Assembly: GCA_015222295.1 (NCBI GenBank)
Contig: JADFUZ010000133.1
Span: 1 to 29,902, forward strand
Reading direction: 5' to 3'
Length of the DNA stretch: 29,902 bases
Source: Chloroflexota bacterium
GTDB taxonomy: Bacteria > Chloroflexota > Dehalococcoidia > GIF9 > AB-539-J10
Shown: in pieces, positions 28,608 through 29,902 of the stretch
Layout: every line of letters starts with the position of its first letter
Position numbering within the stretch: the first letter of the stretch is position 1
Made by a program: the position numbers and the translations under genes
Notes under the pieces: model-generated
The model's database searches: none
Seen by the model: the letters and a program-made list of their open reading frames with translations, nothing else
What the model was told of the DNA's origin: nothing

Positions 28608-29894
28608 ATGCCTGTTTACGTTCTGGTAGGAGGTCAGTGGGGAGACGAAGGGAAGGGGAAGGTAATCGATTCCCTGGCGGAGAGAGCCAGGATGGTAATC
28701 CGTTTCTCGGGAGGCGACAACGCAGGGCATACAACAATCAATCCCTACGGCGAGTTCAGGTTGCATCTTGTACCTTCAGGCATTTTTCACCCGCATGTGA
28801 CTTGCATTATTGGCAATGGTGTCGTGGTCAACCCAGCAGTACTCCTCAGAGAAACACAGGAGCTTCAAGATCGTGGGGTGGATGTGAGTCACCTTCTCAT
28901 CAGCGAACGCGCGCACCTCATCATGCCGTACCACATCATTCTGGACGGATTGGAAGAGGAAAAGCGAGGCAAGGGAGCCCTGGGCACAACCCGTAGAGGA
29001 GTCGGCCCGGCCTTCTCCGACAAGGTGGCTCGCATGGGAATCCGCGTAGGAGACCTGCTGAACAGGGACACGTTTCTCAGTCAGCTCAGCTCGATCCTCG
29101 AATTCAAGAATGACCTCCTCACGAAGCTATTCGGGCATCCAGCCTTGTCACTGGAGAACATTTTCGATGAGTACTCCCATTATGGGGAACAGCTAGCCCC
29201 CTTTGTTCGAGAAACTGACTCACTCATTCATGAGAGCCTGGCCAGAGGAGAGCCCATCCTATTGGAGGGCGCCCAAGGCGCTTTGCTTGACCCGGACTTC
29301 GGCACCTACCCATATGTCACCTCTTCATCTCCACTGGCGGGGCAAGCTTGCCTGGGAGCAGGCATAGGCCCAACGCAGATTGCCGGCGTTATCGGTGTGT
29401 TCAAGGCCTATATCACTCGGGTGGGCAGCGGCCCCATGCCCACCGAACTGAAGGATGAGGTCGGCCAGCTCATTCGCGAAAAAGCTCGGGAATACGGTGC
29501 CACCACAGGCAGGCCAAGGAGATGCGGCTGGTTCGACGCTGTGGCCGGCCGTTTCAGCGTCCGAGTGAACGGCCTCAGTGACATAGCTTTGACCCACCTC
29601 GACATTTTCGATGGTTTTCCTTCAATCAAGATATGTACAGCCTATCGGTTCGGTGACAGGGTTCTGGACTGTTTCCCTGGCAACACGTCTGTGCTGGAAC
29701 GATGCCAACCAATATACGAGGAACTGCCCGGATGGCAGGAGTCGATCAGCGGTATCCAGGATTTCGACAGGTTGCCGGTCCCAGCCCGCGACTATGTGAA
29801 AAGGATCGAAGAACTGCTATCTTGCCGCGTTGGCTTTATCTCTGTCGGGTCAACGCGAGACCAGGTGATACAGGTGAAAACAATCACGCCCTGA
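28608..29894 (+). CDS. purA: Adenylosuccinate synthetase
   Basis: QWGDEGKGK, GGDNAGHT, EGAQG, GTYPYVTSS, EYGATTGRPRRCGW. Confidence 0.99.
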   Translation: MPVYVLVGGQWGDEGKGKVIDSLAERARMVIRFSGGDNAGHTTINPYGEFRLHLVPSGIFHPHVTCIIGNGVVVNPAVLLRETQELQDRGVDVSHLLISERAHLIMPYHIILDGLEEEKRGKGALGTTRRGVGPAFSDKVARMGIRVGDLLNRDTFLSQLSSILEFKNDLLTKLFGHPALSLENIFDEYSHYGEQLAPFVRETDSLIHESLARGEPILLEGAQGALLDPDFGTYPYVTSSSPLAGQACLGAGIGPTQIAGVIGVFKAYITRVGSGPMPTELKDEVGQLIREKAREYGATTGRPRRCGWFDAVAGRFSVRVNGLSDIALTHLDIFDGFPSIKICTAYRFGDRVLDCFPGNTSVLERCQPIYEELPGWQESISGIQDFDRLPVPARDYVKRIEELLSCRVGFISVGSTRDQVIQVKTITP

Positions 29895-29902
29895 AGGCTC
29901 TG

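Overview
Bacterial chromosome segment, most consistent with Chloroflexota (Dehalococcoidia-like); this is inferred from gene order and content, not from a database search. Bases 3-14807 (minus strand) are one tightly packed 28-gene str/S10/spc run: rpsL-rpsG-fusA-rpsJ...rplO-secY-adk-map-infA. It lacks tuf and rpmD (L30). It carries a 31-aa bS22 (AURKAIP1/COX24-like) ribosomal protein gene, missed by the ORF track, between rplW and rplB. Head-to-head with it is nusA-ylxR-infB-rbfA (no rimP), preceded by sigma70-type promoters and a leader terminator. Next comes a convergent CoA-metabolism trio: 4-hydroxybutyryl-CoA dehydratase-like (on the minus strand, although the ORF track labels it +), acyl-CoA dehydrogenase and a non-canonical crotonase. 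After that are an ATC-hydrolase/V4R-like Cys protein, a C_GCAxxG_C_C protein, a missed 46-aa DUF5679-like zinc-ribbon gene, an inositol cluster (ino1, GT4 glycosyltransferase, TIM-barrel isomerase, PIP synthase-like) and purA. No rRNA, tRNA, CRISPR array or mobile element was seen. All family calls come from manual motif recognition.
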